A stretch of DNA of 64,000 nucleotides from Acidovorax sp. (GCF_022763525.1 NZ_JALEGG010000087.1:1691-65690), one strand, 5' to 3'; shown: positions 28,300-38,412, counted from the first letter of the stretch. Numbers and translations: made by a program. The notes: generated from the sequence alone by a model not told the origin.

Positions 28300-31178
28300 C
28301 AGGCGTGCGCGCGGCTCTCGCCGCTGCCGTAGAGGTTGCTGGTGCAGCGGCCGCACAGGGTGGGGTGCGCGGCATCGTGTCCCACATCGCTGCGGTAGTG
28401 CCAGCAGCGGTCGCATTTCTGGTCGGAACTGGCCTTGACGCTGATCTGGAGAGCGCTACCAGCTACCAATTCAATAGCAGATGTGATGAACACGAATTTC
28501 AGGTCGTCGCCCAGGCTGGTCAGCAACGCATGGTCCTCAGGGGCTGCGGTCAGCACGACATTGGCCTGCAGCGAAGACCCCACCTGACCGGCGGCGCGCA
28601 GGGCCTCGATCTCCTTGTTCACCGCGTCGCGGATCTCGCGCAGGCGGGCCCACTTGGCCAGCAGGCCCTCATCGGCGTGGGCAATGGTGCCGTAGGTTTC
28701 CAGGAAGATGGAGTCGGAGCTGCCGAACACCTTCCACGCCTCTTCGGCCGTGAACGACAGGAACGGCGCCATCCAGCGCAGCATGGCGTGCGTGATCTGG
28801 TAGAGCGCGGTCTGCGCGCTGCGGCGCGCCAGGCTCTTGGGCGCGGTGGTGTACAGGCGATCCTTGAGCACGTCCAGGTAGAAGCCGCCCAGGTCTTCCG
28901 AGCAGTACAGCTGCAGCTTGGCGACCACAGGGTGGAACTCATACACCTTGTAGTGCGCCAGCACCTCGGCCTGGAACTCGGCCGCGCGCGTGAGCGCGTA
29001 GCGGTCGATCTCCAGCATCTGGTCGAAAGGCACGGCGTCCTGGGCGGGGTCGAAGTCGCTCACGTTGGCCAGCAGGAAGCGCAGCGTATTGCGGATGCGG
29101 CGGTAGGCGTCCACCACGCGCGCGAGGATCTTCTCGTCACCGGCGATGTCGCCCGAGTAGTCGCTCGCGGCCACCCACAGGCGGATGATCTCGGCGCCCA
29201 GTTTTTTGTTGATCTCCTGCGGATCGATGCCGTTGCCCAGCGACTTGCTCATCTTGCGGCCCTGGCTGTCCACAGTGAAGCCGTGGGTCAGCAGGCCGCG
29301 ATAGGGCGCGCGGCCTTCGAGGGCCGAGGCCAGCAGCAGCGAGCTGTGGAACCAGCCGCGGTGCTGGTCATGGCCTTCGAGGTACAGGTCGGCCTCGGGG
29401 CCGGTGTCGTGGTGCACGTTCGGGTGCGTGCCGCGCAGCACGTGGCTGAAGGTCGAGCCGGAATCGAACCACACCTCCAGGATGTCGGTGCTCTTGGTGT
29501 AGTGCGGCGCGTCTTCGGCGCCCAGGATCTCTTCCACCGTCACGCGGCTCCAGGCCTCGATGCCGCCCTTTTCCACGATGTCCGCCGCCTGGTCCATGAT
29601 TTCCATGGTGCGCGGGTGCAGTTCGCCCGAATCCTTGTGCAGGAAGAACGGGATGGGCACGCCCCAGCTGCGCTGGCGCGAGATGCACCAGTCCGGCCGC
29701 CCGGCGATCATGTCGTGCAGGCGGGCCTTGCCGTTCTCGGGGTAGAAGCTGGTGTGCTCGATCGCATCCAGCGCGATCTGGCGCAGCGTCTTGGCGGGCT
29801 TCATGCCTGGCTTTGTGAACACGCCTTCGCCTTCGTCCATGCGGATGAACCACTGCGCGGCGGCGCGGTAGATCACCGGCGTCTTGTGGCGCCAGCAGTG
29901 GGGGTAGCTGTGCGTGATGTCCTTGGTGGTCATCAGGCGGCCCGCGTTGCGCAGGGCTTCGATGATGACGGGCACCGCCTTCCAGATGTGCTGGCCGCCA
30001 AACAGCGGGAAGTCGGCCGCATAGGTGCCGTTGCCCTGCACGGGGTTCAGGATCTCGTCGAGCGCCATGCCATGGGCGCGGCAGGAGTTGAAGTCCTCCA
30101 GCCCGTAGGCGGGCGAGGAGTGCACAATACCCGTGCCGTCGTCGGCCGTGGCGTAGTCGGCCAGGTACACGGGCGACAGGCGGCGGTAGCCAAAGCTGCC
30201 GTCTTCGCCCGCCACGTCGTACAGCGGGTGTTCAAACTCGAGACCACCCAGCTTTTCACCGGCGGTGGTGGCGATCACCGTGCCGGTGAGGCCGTAGCGC
30301 TCCAGGCACTGCTCCACCAGCGCTTCTGCCAGCACCAGGTAGCCCTTGGGCGTGTCCACCAGCGCGTACATCAGCGTGGGGTTCAGGTTCAGCGCCTGGT
30401 TGGCGGGGATGGTCCAGGCCGTGGTGGTCCAGATGACGATGAAGGCGTCCTTGGCCAGGGCAGGTGCGCCGAAGGCTGCGGCCAGCTTGGCGGGCTCGTG
30501 CGCCTTGAAGGCCACATCCAGCGTGGTGCTCTTCTTGTCCTGGTATTCGATCTCGAACTCGGCCAGCGACGAGCCGCAGTCGAAGCACCAGTACACGGGC
30601 TTCAGGCCGCGATATACGAAGCCCCGCTCCATCACGCGCTTGAACGCGCGGATCTCGCCCGCCTCGTTGGCGGGGTTCATGGTCTTGTAGGGGTTGTCCC
30701 ATTCGCCCAGCACACCCAGGCGCTTGAAATCGTCCATCTGCTGCGCGATCTGCTCGGTGGCATAGGCGCGGCTCTTGGCCTGCATGTCGTCGCGGCTGAG
30801 GTTGCGGCCGTGTTTCTTCTCGATGGCGTTTTCGATCGGCAGGCCGTGGCAGTCCCAGCCCGGCACGTACAGCGCATCAAAGCCTTCGAGCTGGCGCGCC
30901 TTGGTGATCATGTCCTTCAGGATCTTGTTGACCGCGTGGCCCATGTGGATCTGGCCGTTGGCATAGGGAGGGCCGTCGTGCAGGATGAACTTGGGGGCGC
31001 CGCAGCGGGCATCGCGCAGGCGCTTGTACAGGCCCTTGTCTTCCCATTCCTTCACCCATCCCGGCTCGCGCTTGGGCAGGTCGCCGCGCATGGGGAAGGA
31101 GGTATCGGGCAGGTTCAGCGTGCTGCGGTAGTCAGCGGCTGAGGTGGTGGATGCGGTGCTGGCGTTGTCGTCGGACAT
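28299..31178 (-). CDS. ileS: Isoleucine--tRNA ligase
   Basis: Start moved to ATG 31178 (MSDDNAST...[18 protein letters not shown]...). HMGH (HIGH-type) and KMSKS motifs. C-terminal Zn knuckles CDRCWHY...CGRC. Confidence 0.97.
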   Translation of the reverse strand: MSDDNASTASTTSAADYRSTLNLPDTSFPMRGDLPKREPGWVKEWEDKGLYKRLRDARCGAPKFILHDGPPYANGQIHMGHAVNKILKDMITKARQLEGFDALYVPGWDCHGLPIENAIEKKHGRNLSRDDMQAKSRAYATEQIAQQMDDFKRLGVLGEWDNPYKTMNPANEAGEIRAFKRVMERGFVYRGLKPVYWCFDCGSSLAEFEIEYQDKKSTTLDVAFKAHEPAKLAAAFGAPALAKDAFIVIWTTTAWTIPANQALNLNPTLMYALVDTPKGYLVLAEALVEQCLERYGLTGTVIATTAGEKLGGLEFEHPLYDVAGEDGSFGYRRLSPVYLADYATADDGTGIVHSSPAYGLEDFNSCRAHGMALDEILNPVQGNGTYAADFPLFGGQHIWKAVPVIIEALRNAGRLMTTKDITHSYPHCWRHKTPVIYRAAAQWFIRMDEGEGVFTKPGMKPAKTLRQIALDAIEHTSFYPENGKARLHDMIAGRPDWCISRQRSWGVPIPFFLHKDSGELHPRTMEIMDQAADIVEKGGIEAWSRVTVEEILGAEDAPHYTKSTDILEVWFDSGSTFSHVLRGTHPNVHHDTGPEADLYLEGHDQHRGWFHSSLLLASALEGRAPYRGLLTHGFTVDSQGRKMSKSLGNGIDPQEINKKLGAEIIRLWVAASDYSGDIAGDEKILARVVDAYRRIRNTLRFLLANVSDFDPAQDAVPFDQMLEIDRYALTRAAEFQAEVLAHYKVYEFHPVVAKLQLYCSEDLGGFYLDVLKDRLYTTAPKSLARRSAQTALYQITHAMLRWMAPFLSFTAEEAWKVFGSSDSIFLETYGTIAHADEGLLAKWARLREIRDAVNKEIEALRAAGQVGSSLQANVVLTAAPEDHALLTSLGDDLKFVFITSAIELVAGSALQISVKASSDQKCDRCWHYRSDVGHDAAHPTLCGRCTSNLYGSGESRAHA
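28427..28480 (-). repeat. SAR repeat copy inside ileS (sense orientation)
   Basis: The reverse complement reads cTGCTATtgaattgGTAGCTGgtAGCGCTctccagatcAGCGtcAAGGCCagtt. By eye, 23 of 27 identities to the intergenic copy at 40558 over the 5' part. Translated as [18 protein letters not shown] just before the Zn-binding motif. Confidence 0.7.
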
Positions 31179-31458
31179 GGGGAGCCTTAAAACAGGGCAT
31201 TCCGGGGCAGGGCCCGGAGCAAGAACGGGATGGAGCGCGAAGGAGAGCGGGCCCGTCAGGCGGGCGCTGCGAGAAGCAGCTCCCTCAAATTCGGTCGCGG
31301 GTGGTCTGGCGACGGGTTTCGGTGTGGTTGGGCGCAAGCACCGAGGCAAAGTAGGCACGCGCTTCGGCGCAATCCTTGGAGATGCCGGCTGTCAGGGCGT
31401 CCAGGCCATGGCGGGTTGGCTGATCTTGCAGTGTGTGCAGTGGTTCCACGCAGAGATT

Positions 31459-32667
31459 TTACTGTAACGTCTTCGAGAGCCCTTCATCCCGGGCCACCAG
31501 GGCGGCGGCAAGCGCGACGGGGTAGTTCAGCAGATGCGATCCCGCCATCAGCGCCTGCCTCAGCACCGGTTGCAGGGTGGGCTCTCGACCGTCCATTCGC
31601 AAGAGGCTCAGCGAACCCTGGGCGCCATGGCTCAGCCACAGGCTGCGGCCGTCGCCTGCCAGTGCGGCGCCTCGCACGTTGTCGACCGGGGTGACGAGGG
31701 ATAGCGACTGGTCGTCCAGGCGCCAGAAGGTCAGCAAACCAGGGGTCGGGTGCGTCACCACGGCCAAGCCCTCGCGGGGAAGCACTGCGATGCTCAGGGC
31801 CTCTCCCAGCAGGCGAGGGGCGAGGTCCTGCACGGACGGCAGGCCCCGCAAGGTGGTTTCGCTTCGCTGGCACCAGCTGACACTTCCCGCGTGGTCCACG
31901 CCCAGCCCGAGCCGGGGGGCGGAAGCGATCACTGCGGTGTTGTCAGAGACCGGCGCCATGTGCCCGGTGTTGAAAGCCGAGCCCGACATCTCATGGCGAT
32001 CCAGCAGTCGGCGCGTTTTCACATCGATGTAGCTGACGCAGGGGGCCGGATCTTCTCCTGCGGCCCCGCCGCCGTTGGTCACGGCCAGCACCCGCCCACC
32101 TTCCACCAGATGACAGTCGTGCGGACGGGCCCCGAAACTCGGGAAGTCGCCGAGGTAACGCAGGGTGCTGGCGTCACGCATGCCGATAAAGCCCCGCCCC
32201 TGCGCGTCGGACTCTGTGCTGAGCAGCAGTCCTCCGTCATCGGCGAGCACGCCATGACCATAGAACTGCCTCTGCTCGAAAGGAGCGATGGTTTGCACAA
32301 ACCGTTGTTGCTCCAGGTCGAAAACCCCGGCCCCGGGGCCGTGCTTTTCAAAAAAGAATGCCCGGGTCTTCTGGCGGACGTCCAGTGCCCAGCCATGGGG
32401 AAAGAACGGGGACTCGATCAGGCGTGCGCCTTGCACTTGCAGGCTGGCGTAGGCCAAGGCGGTTTTGTGAGGGGCTCCAGCACGCTCCTGGTAGCGGCAC
32501 CCGGCAAACAACTGGTCGCCTTGCATGGCGGGCGACATTGCGGCCGCTGAGGTAGGGGTGCTGCGGGATGCCATGGAGACTGGGAGAAGGGTGCAACCCA
32601 TTGCGTGGGCAAGAAGGCTGCGCCGGTTGATTTGGGGGCGGACAGGGGGTTGAATCAGGTGGCGCAT
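31459..32667 (-). CDS. DUF1513 domain-containing protein (Tat-signal, beta-propeller-like)
   Basis: 402-aa ORF with the Tat-like motif NRRSLL near the N-terminus. DUF1513-like sequence ...FFPHGWALD...FYGHGVL.... Confidence 0.65.
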   Translation of the reverse strand: MRHLIQPPVRPQINRRSLLAHAMGCTLLPVSMASRSTPTSAAAMSPAMQGDQLFAGCRYQERAGAPHKTALAYASLQVQGARLIESPFFPHGWALDVRQKTRAFFFEKHGPGAGVFDLEQQRFVQTIAPFEQRQFYGHGVLADDGGLLLSTESDAQGRGFIGMRDASTLRYLGDFPSFGARPHDCHLVEGGRVLAVTNGGGAAGEDPAPCVSYIDVKTRRLLDRHEMSGSAFNTGHMAPVSDNTAVIASAPRLGLGVDHAGSVSWCQRSETTLRGLPSVQDLAPRLLGEALSIAVLPREGLAVVTHPTPGLLTFWRLDDQSLSLVTPVDNVRGAALAGDGRSLWLSHGAQGSLSLLRMDGREPTLQPVLRQALMAGSHLLNYPVALAAALVARDEGLSKTLQ

Positions 32668-32727
32668 TCACGGGCTTTCGACCAAAGGACCTCTCCGGAT
32701 GAACCTTCCGCCTCGGGACGCTGTTTG

Positions 32728-33741
32728 TCAACCCGGGGCTTGGGTGTTGTCTATCCCCAGCGGCGGGTTTCGCCGAGTCTCAAAATGCTGGCGGGCCTGG
32801 ATGCAATCCCGGGCAATCCCCTCCTTCAGCGCATCCAGGCTCGGGTACTTGAGTTCATCGTGCAGCTTGTGGAGTAGTTCCACATGGACGATCTTGCCGT
32901 AGGCATCGTCTGCGCCCAGGTGTTCGGGCCAGTCCAAACAGTGGGTCTCCAGGAGCACCCGCCCTCCATTCACATCGTCGGGGTCCAGGGAGGGCCGCAC
33001 GCCCAGGTTGGCCACTCCGGGTAGCGGACGGTCCGTGAGGCCTTGCACGCTGACGGCAAAAATGCCACTGGCGGCGGGTTTCCAATGGCTGAACCGCATG
33101 TTCAGCGTGCGAAATCCCAACTCGCGCCCCAGCTTGCGGCCGTGCACCACATGCCCGCTGATCGTGTACGGCCGCCCCAGCAACCTCGCTGCGGCCTCCA
33201 TGTCGCCGGCTGCCAGGGCCTGGCGGACGGCGGAGCTGGATACGCGCAGTCCGTGCACCTCGTAGCTGTTCATGCGGGCCACATCAAAGCCCTTTGCCTG
33301 CCCAGCGGCGTCCAGCATGGCGTAGTCGCCTGCGCGCTGGCGGCCAAAGCGGAAGTCATCGCCCACCAGCACGTAGCGGGCTCCCAAGCCCTGGATCAGC
33401 ACGTCCTGGATAAACGCTTCCGGGGATTGGGCGGCCAGCTTGGCATCAAAAGGCAGCACCACCGTTTGCTGAACGCCGCAGCGCCGCAGTTCGGTCAGCT
33501 TGTCTCGCAAGGTTCCGATGCGTGCGGGTGCCAGTTCAGGCTTGTGCAGGGCGCCGGCGAAGTAGTCGCGCGGATGCGGCTCGAATGTCAGCACGCAGCT
33601 CTCCACGCCCCGATGCGCGGCCTCGCTGTTCAGCAGGGCCAGCATGGCTTGGTGCCCCCGATGCACACCATCGAAATTACCGATGGTCAACGCACAGGCA
33701 TCCGCAATGCCAGGGTGGTGAAATCCGCGAAAGATCTTCAT
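32728..33741 (-). CDS. ribF: Bifunctional riboflavin kinase / FAD synthetase
   Basis: MKIFRGFHHP...LTIGNFDGVHRGHQAML.... The C-terminal riboflavin kinase domain contains PTLN-like ...GFRTLNM.... Confidence 0.95.
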   Translation of the reverse strand: MKIFRGFHHPGIADACALTIGNFDGVHRGHQAMLALLNSEAAHRGVESCVLTFEPHPRDYFAGALHKPELAPARIGTLRDKLTELRRCGVQQTVVLPFDAKLAAQSPEAFIQDVLIQGLGARYVLVGDDFRFGRQRAGDYAMLDAAGQAKGFDVARMNSYEVHGLRVSSSAVRQALAAGDMEAAARLLGRPYTISGHVVHGRKLGRELGFRTLNMRFSHWKPAASGIFAVSVQGLTDRPLPGVANLGVRPSLDPDDVNGGRVLLETHCLDWPEHLGADDAYGKIVHVELLHKLHDELKYPSLDALKEGIARDCIQARQHFETRRNPPLGIDNTQAPG

Positions 33742-33744
33742 CGG

Positions 33745-33804
33745 TTTGTTATCTTTTTGATAGCACCATGCGCAGGTCCATCAAGCGCAGGACGCCAATT
33801 TGTC
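33745..33804 (+). repeat. SAR repeat copy, intergenic (ribF 5' UTR / divergent HNH promoter region)
   Basis: tTTGTTAtctttttGATAGCaccatGCGCaggtccatcAAGCGCaGGACGCCaatttgtc. It begins 3 nt upstream of the ribF ATG. Confidence 0.65.
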
Positions 33805-33908
33805 ATGAAAACGGAGTATATTGTGATCTACGGCTGTCCCTGCGCAGGGCTGCCCGCGAGACTCCGCGTTCCGAATCCTTGTGTACTTTGTGTTCCAGGA
33901 GGCGTGTT

Positions 33909-34466
33909 TTGAAGGTCTTGAAGCTGTCAGCCCAGGGGCTGCCCCAATCGTGGATATCACTGGAGCAAGCGGTCATCCATTACGCCGCTGGCGAGGTGCG
34001 CTGGGAGTCTGGCGGCCAGATCGCGCGTTTTCGCGGGGGGCACAACGCCGTCACGGGCGAGCAGTCGGTCATTGCCATCAACAGCATCATCGGCACCAAG
34101 GGGGTGCCCAGCATCAACCCCTTCGACCTCAAGCCCAGCCTCACCAACAGCAAGCTCTTTGCCCGCGACCGCAATGTGTGCGCCTACTGCGGCGGGCAGT
34201 TCCATGAAGAGCACCTCACGCGCGAGCACATCGTGCCCTTTGCGCGCAACGGGCAGGACCATTGGATGAATGTCGTCACCGCCTGCCGCCCGTGCAACCA
34301 CCGCAAGGGCCCGCGCACGCCCGAGCAGGCCCACATGCCGCTGCTGTACGCCCCCTATGTGCCCAGCCTGTGGGAGGACTTCATCCTGCGCAACCGGCGC
34401 ATCCTGGCCGATCAAATGGAGTTCCTGATAGCCCACGTCCCCAAGTCGTCCCGGCTTCTTGTGTAG
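33909..34466 (+). CDS. HNH endonuclease family protein
   Basis: TTG start at 33909 with AGGAGG 6 nt upstream. HNH/zinc motif CAYCGG...REHIVP...NVVTACRPCNHRKG. Confidence 0.75.
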   Translation: MKVLKLSAQGLPQSWISLEQAVIHYAAGEVRWESGGQIARFRGGHNAVTGEQSVIAINSIIGTKGVPSINPFDLKPSLTNSKLFARDRNVCAYCGGQFHEEHLTREHIVPFARNGQDHWMNVVTACRPCNHRKGPRTPEQAHMPLLYAPYVPSLWEDFILRNRRILADQMEFLIAHVPKSSRLLV

Positions 34467-34601
34467 GGGAGCGGCCAGTACGAGCCTGCTGCTGGCGCTG
34501 CTGGTCGGTCTTGCCATACGGGGAGTCTGGGCACTGCGCCGCCTTGACCGCTCTGCCTGGTGCTTAGCGCGGAGCACGGCTACCTGACCCCGCCCGTCCA
34601 T

Positions 34602-35996
34602 TCAATATGTCAACTCCAGAAATACCAAGTGGCCGCTCGCTGCAGGCCATGTTTGCCCCACCACGCGCTCTCCATTGAATTCACCCGCAATGCTGCGCAC
34701 GCCGCCCGATGGCTTGACCTTGGCCGAGGCCACGCCCGCGCCGGGGGGCACACCGGCCGGCGCAGCACCATCGAGCAGCATCTGGTCGCGCGCCGGGTCC
34801 AGGTAACCGCGGGGGCGGGTCAGCGTGACCACGCTCTCGGCGCCTTTGTCGGCATCGGCCATGCGCTCTGCGCGCAGGTGGACGATGTTGCTGCTGCGCG
34901 GGAAGCCGCTGCGGTAGATGTGGGTGGTGGCATAACCCGGCGCGGTGATCACGAACTCGACGGGCGAGCCGGCGGGCACCGTCAGCGGACCCCATTGGCC
35001 ATCCGCACCCACGGTCTTGCGCAGCAGGGCGCCGCCGGTGCGGGCGCCGGTGGCGGGGTCAGTGGCATACACCTCCAGCTGAGCTCCCCTCAGGGGCAGG
35101 TTGTTGCTGAAATTGCCGGTCTGGGGGGCTGCTGGGTCCACGCCCAGGCCGGTGACCTTGCCGTTCAGCACCACCTGCGTTTCTGCCGCGATGGTGGTGA
35201 GCTGCGGCGCCTTGCCTGTGATGAAGCGGTAGGCGGCTTCGAACGCGGCGGGCGAGTACGAGGTTTCGCGGTGGTCGATGCGCGGGATCACGATGTTGGT
35301 GGCGCCCTTGAGCTCAGGGCCTGCGGCGGTCACGTTCGTGGGTTTGCCCTTCTGGCCGATCCACACGCCATCGGGCTGGGCGAACTTGTCGTTGTTGTCC
35401 GAGCGGATGGTCATCCACTTCACCGGGCCGCTCACCTCGTCGCCCGCGGCGTTCTTCGGTGCGTTCAGGGCCATGAGGAACGGGCCAGTGCCCGAAAACT
35501 CGTTGCCTTCGCGGAAACCAGGAATCGCCCACACGCCATGGTTGGGCGTGCCGCCCAGGATGGCATGGCTCACGGTGCGGTCGCCACCGCCGTTGTAGAT
35601 GTAGTTGCGAATGGCGTTGCCCCCGCGCGAGTTGCCCACCAGCACGACCTGGCTGGCGCCCGTGGACTTCAGAACCTTGTCTACCTCGGCCTTCAGGTAG
35701 GCCATGTGCTCAGCCGCGGAAGTGCGGCCCGGCTGGGCCTTGGCATCGTCGTCGCGCGAGAGCGGATAGGGCACGTCGATGGCATGCAGGCGCTCGCGGG
35801 GCCAGCCGTTCGATTCAAACCGCCACACGGTGGTCTGCCACAGCGCGGCGGTGTCGCCGTTGCCATGCACGAAGACGATGGGGGGTGTCTCTGCGAGGCT
35901 GGGGCTCTTGGTGGCGCAGCCGGCCAGGGTCAGCGCCAGTACCGATGTCGCGGCTGCGAGCACGAATCGGCGGGTGAGAAGAGCGGTGGGGTTCAT
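34602..35996 (-). CDS. Lipoprotein, alpha/beta-hydrolase (lipase-like) with C-terminal beta-rich domain
   Basis: Lipobox LTLAGC, HGNGD oxyanion-type motif and nucleophile elbow GNSRG. 464 aa. Confidence 0.65.
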   Translation of the reverse strand: MNPTALLTRRFVLAAATSVLALTLAGCATKSPSLAETPPIVFVHGNGDTAALWQTTVWRFESNGWPRERLHAIDVPYPLSRDDDAKAQPGRTSAAEHMAYLKAEVDKVLKSTGASQVVLVGNSRGGNAIRNYIYNGGGDRTVSHAILGGTPNHGVWAIPGFREGNEFSGTGPFLMALNAPKNAAGDEVSGPVKWMTIRSDNNDKFAQPDGVWIGQKGKPTNVTAAGPELKGATNIVIPRIDHRETSYSPAAFEAAYRFITGKAPQLTTIAAETQVVLNGKVTGLGVDPAAPQTGNFSNNLPLRGAQLEVYATDPATGARTGGALLRKTVGADGQWGPLTVPAGSPVEFVITAPGYATTHIYRSGFPRSSNIVHLRAERMADADKGAESVVTLTRPRGYLDPARDQMLLDGAAPAGVPPGAGVASAKVKPSGGVRSIAGEFNGERVVGQTWPAASGHLVFLELTY

Positions 35997-36090
35997 GGGA
36001 GCTCCGGAAAGTAAAAATGCCCGTGGACAGGGAAATCCACGAGCATCGTTGGCGGGTATGACGCGCCTGCGTCAGATCAGGTCAGGCGAC

Positions 36091-37206
36091 TCAGGCAAAG
36101 ACGCCCGCCGTGTCCTGCATGCGGGCTGAAACCTCGCCCAGGTGGTGCAGCGTGTCGCCGTAGGTCATCTCCAGCTGCGTGAGCTTCTTGAAGTAATGGC
36201 TCACGATGTACTCGTCGGTCACGCCGATGCCGCCATGCATCTGCACCGCCTGCTGGCCCACAAAGCGCATGGACTGCCCCAGCTGCACCTTGGCACGCGC
36301 GATGGCGCGGCGGCGCTCATCGGCGGGGGCGCCGAGCTTGAGGCTGGCGTAATAGCTCATGGAGCGGGCCAGCTCCAGCTGCATCTTCATGTCGGCCGCG
36401 CGGTGGCGCAGCGCCTGGAAGCTGGCGATGGGCACGCCGAACTGCTTTCGCTGGTTGAGGTAGTCGAATGTGACGGCGGCGGTCTTGTCCATCACGCCCA
36501 CGGCTTCGGCGCACAAGGCGGCGATGCCCACGTCCACGGCCAGCTCCAGCGCTGCCAGGCCGTCGGTGGTGACGAGGGTGGCTGGGGTGTTGGAGAGCTG
36601 CACTTCGGCGGCGCGGCTGCCATCCTGCGTGACGTAGCCTTGCGTGGTGACACCGCTGGCGGTGCGCTCCACCAGGAAGAGGGCGATCTTGCCGTCGAGT
36701 TGGGCAGGAAGGAGGAAGGCGTCGGCCTGGTCGCCTGCGGGTACTATGTTTTTGATAGCTGCTACCGCATATCCAGACTGCGCCGGAACCGCTTTTGCCT
36801 CGCAAACGTTCAGGCGGTAGCGGGCCTTGCTCTCTTGCTGGGCCAGCACCACCAGGGCTTCGCCGCTGGCAATCTTGGGCAGCCACGCAGCCTGCACGTC
36901 TTGCGCGCCAAACTGGGAGAGCACGCTGCTGGCAATGAAGGCCTGGGCCAGGGGCTCCAGTACGATGCCGCGGCCCAGCTCTTCGGCCACCACCATGGCG
37001 TCAATGGCGCCCTGGCCCATGCCACCGTGTGCTTCGGGCACCGTCAGGGCCGTGAGGCCCAGCTCGGCCAGCTCGCCCCAGGCGGCGCGGTCAAAGCCGC
37101 CCGCAGCCACGGCCGCGCGGCGGCGTTCGAATGTGTAGCCCTTGTCCACCCACTTGCGCACGGCATCGCGCAGTTGTTCCTGGTCGTCAGAAAAATCGAA
37201 ATCCAT
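36091..37206 (-). CDS. Acyl-CoA dehydrogenase family protein
   Basis: 371-aa ACAD-fold sequence (MDFDFSDDQEQLRDAVRKWV...HGGIGVTDEY...). Lies 24 nt downstream of a second ACAD gene. Confidence 0.85.
   Translation of the reverse strand: MDFDFSDDQEQLRDAVRKWVDKGYTFERRRAAVAAGGFDRAAWGELAELGLTALTVPEAHGGMGQGAIDAMVVAEELGRGIVLEPLAQAFIASSVLSQFGAQDVQAAWLPKIASGEALVVLAQQESKARYRLNVCEAKAVPAQSGYAVAAIKNIVPAGDQADAFLLPAQLDGKIALFLVERTASGVTTQGYVTQDGSRAAEVQLSNTPATLVTTDGLAALELAVDVGIAALCAEAVGVMDKTAAVTFDYLNQRKQFGVPIASFQALRHRAADMKMQLELARSMSYYASLKLGAPADERRRAIARAKVQLGQSMRFVGQQAVQMHGGIGVTDEYIVSHYFKKLTQLEMTYGDTLHHLGEVSARMQDTAGVFA
36741..36798 (+). repeat. SAR repeat copy inside the ACAD gene (antisense orientation)
   Basis: gtactatgttttTGATAGCTGctaccGCatatccagactGCGCcGGAACCgcttttgc. 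Read on the minus strand as EAKAVPAQSGYAVAAIKNIVP. Confidence 0.6.
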
Positions 37207-37230
37207 GTTCTTGTCTCCTGGAACTTGGGA

Positions 37231-38412
37231 TCAGCCGAGGACGGTCTGAGCCACGATGTTGCGCTGCACTTCGTTGGAGCCGCCGTAGATGGTGGTCTTG
37301 CGCAGGTTGAAGTAGGTGGACGCCAGCGGCGCGTTGGCGGTGACGCCGCCCGGGAAGTTGCCCTGCCAGCCGGCTTCCATGGCTTCTTCGATGAAGGGCA
37401 GGCTGAACGGGCCGGCGGCCAGCATCATCAGCTCGGCATAGCGCTGCTGGATCTCGCTGCCCTTGATCTTGAGCAGCCCTGCGATGTCGAGCGAGTTCTT
37501 GCCGCTCTTCTCGGCCGAGAGCACGCGCAGCACCAGCATCTCCAGCGCCACGATGTCCACTTCCAGCAGGGCGATCTGGTCGCGGAAACGTACGTCGTCC
37601 CAGACGCCTTCGGCCCTGGCGATGCGCTTGAGGCGCTCCAGCTCGCGCTTGCTGCGGTTCACGTCGGCGATGTTGGTGCGCTCGTGGCTGAGCAGGTGCT
37701 TGGCGTAGGTCCAGCCCTTGTTTTCTTCGCCGATCAGGTTCTCGGCGGGCACTTCGACGTTGTCGAAGAACACCTCATTGACTTCGCACTCGCCGTCCAG
37801 CAACTTGATGGGGCGCACGGTGACGCCCTTGGACTTCATGTCGAGCAGCAGGAAGGAGATGCCGGTCTGGGGCTTGCCCTCGGTGCTGGTGCGCACCAGG
37901 TTGAACATCCAGTCGCCGTACTGCCCAAGGGTCGTCCAGGTCTTCTGGCCGTTGACGATGTACTTGTCGCCCACGCGTTCGGCGCGGGTCTTGACGCTGG
38001 CCAGGTCCGAGCCCGAGCCCGGTTCGCTGTAGCCCTGGCTCCACCAGACCTCGCCGCTGGCGATGCCGGGCAGGAAGCGCTTTTGCTGCTCGGCATTGCC
38101 AAACGCCATGATCACCGGCGCCACCATCACGGGCCCGAAGGGCACGATGCGCGGCGCACCCGCCAGTGCGCATTCTTCTTCGAACAGGTGCTTTTGCACG
38201 GCCGTCCAGCCCGGCCCGCCAAATTCCTTGGGCCAGCCGAAACCCAGCCACCCCTTCTTGCCCAGGATCTTGGCCCAACCCTGCAGGTCGTCGCGGGTCA
38301 GGCGCAGGGCGTTGTGCACCTTGTGCGAAATTTCTTTCGGTAGATTGGCTTGAACCCAGGCGCGAATTTCCTCGCGGAAGGCCTGTTCTTCGGGGGTGAA
38401 TGCGAGATCCAT
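37231..38412 (-). CDS. Acyl-CoA dehydrogenase
   Basis: Start moved to ATG 38412 (MDLAFTPEEQAFREEIRAWV...). ...WWSQGYSEPGSGSDLAS...GQKTWTT... ACAD motifs. Confidence 0.9.
   Translation of the reverse strand: MDLAFTPEEQAFREEIRAWVQANLPKEISHKVHNALRLTRDDLQGWAKILGKKGWLGFGWPKEFGGPGWTAVQKHLFEEECALAGAPRIVPFGPVMVAPVIMAFGNAEQQKRFLPGIASGEVWWSQGYSEPGSGSDLASVKTRAERVGDKYIVNGQKTWTTLGQYGDWMFNLVRTSTEGKPQTGISFLLLDMKSKGVTVRPIKLLDGECEVNEVFFDNVEVPAENLIGEENKGWTYAKHLLSHERTNIADVNRSKRELERLKRIARAEGVWDDVRFRDQIALLEVDIVALEMLVLRVLSAEKSGKNSLDIAGLLKIKGSEIQQRYAELMMLAAGPFSLPFIEEAMEAGWQGNFPGGVTANAPLASTYFNLRKTTIYGGSNEVQRNIVAQTVLG

Noticed and set aside
28263-31142. 959-aa ORF antisense to ileS, and similar cases at 19917-22457, 36142-38343 and 9934-11670
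   Set aside because: Same reasoning as above. The sense strands carry unmistakable conserved proteins, and the antisense translations have no recognisable domains.
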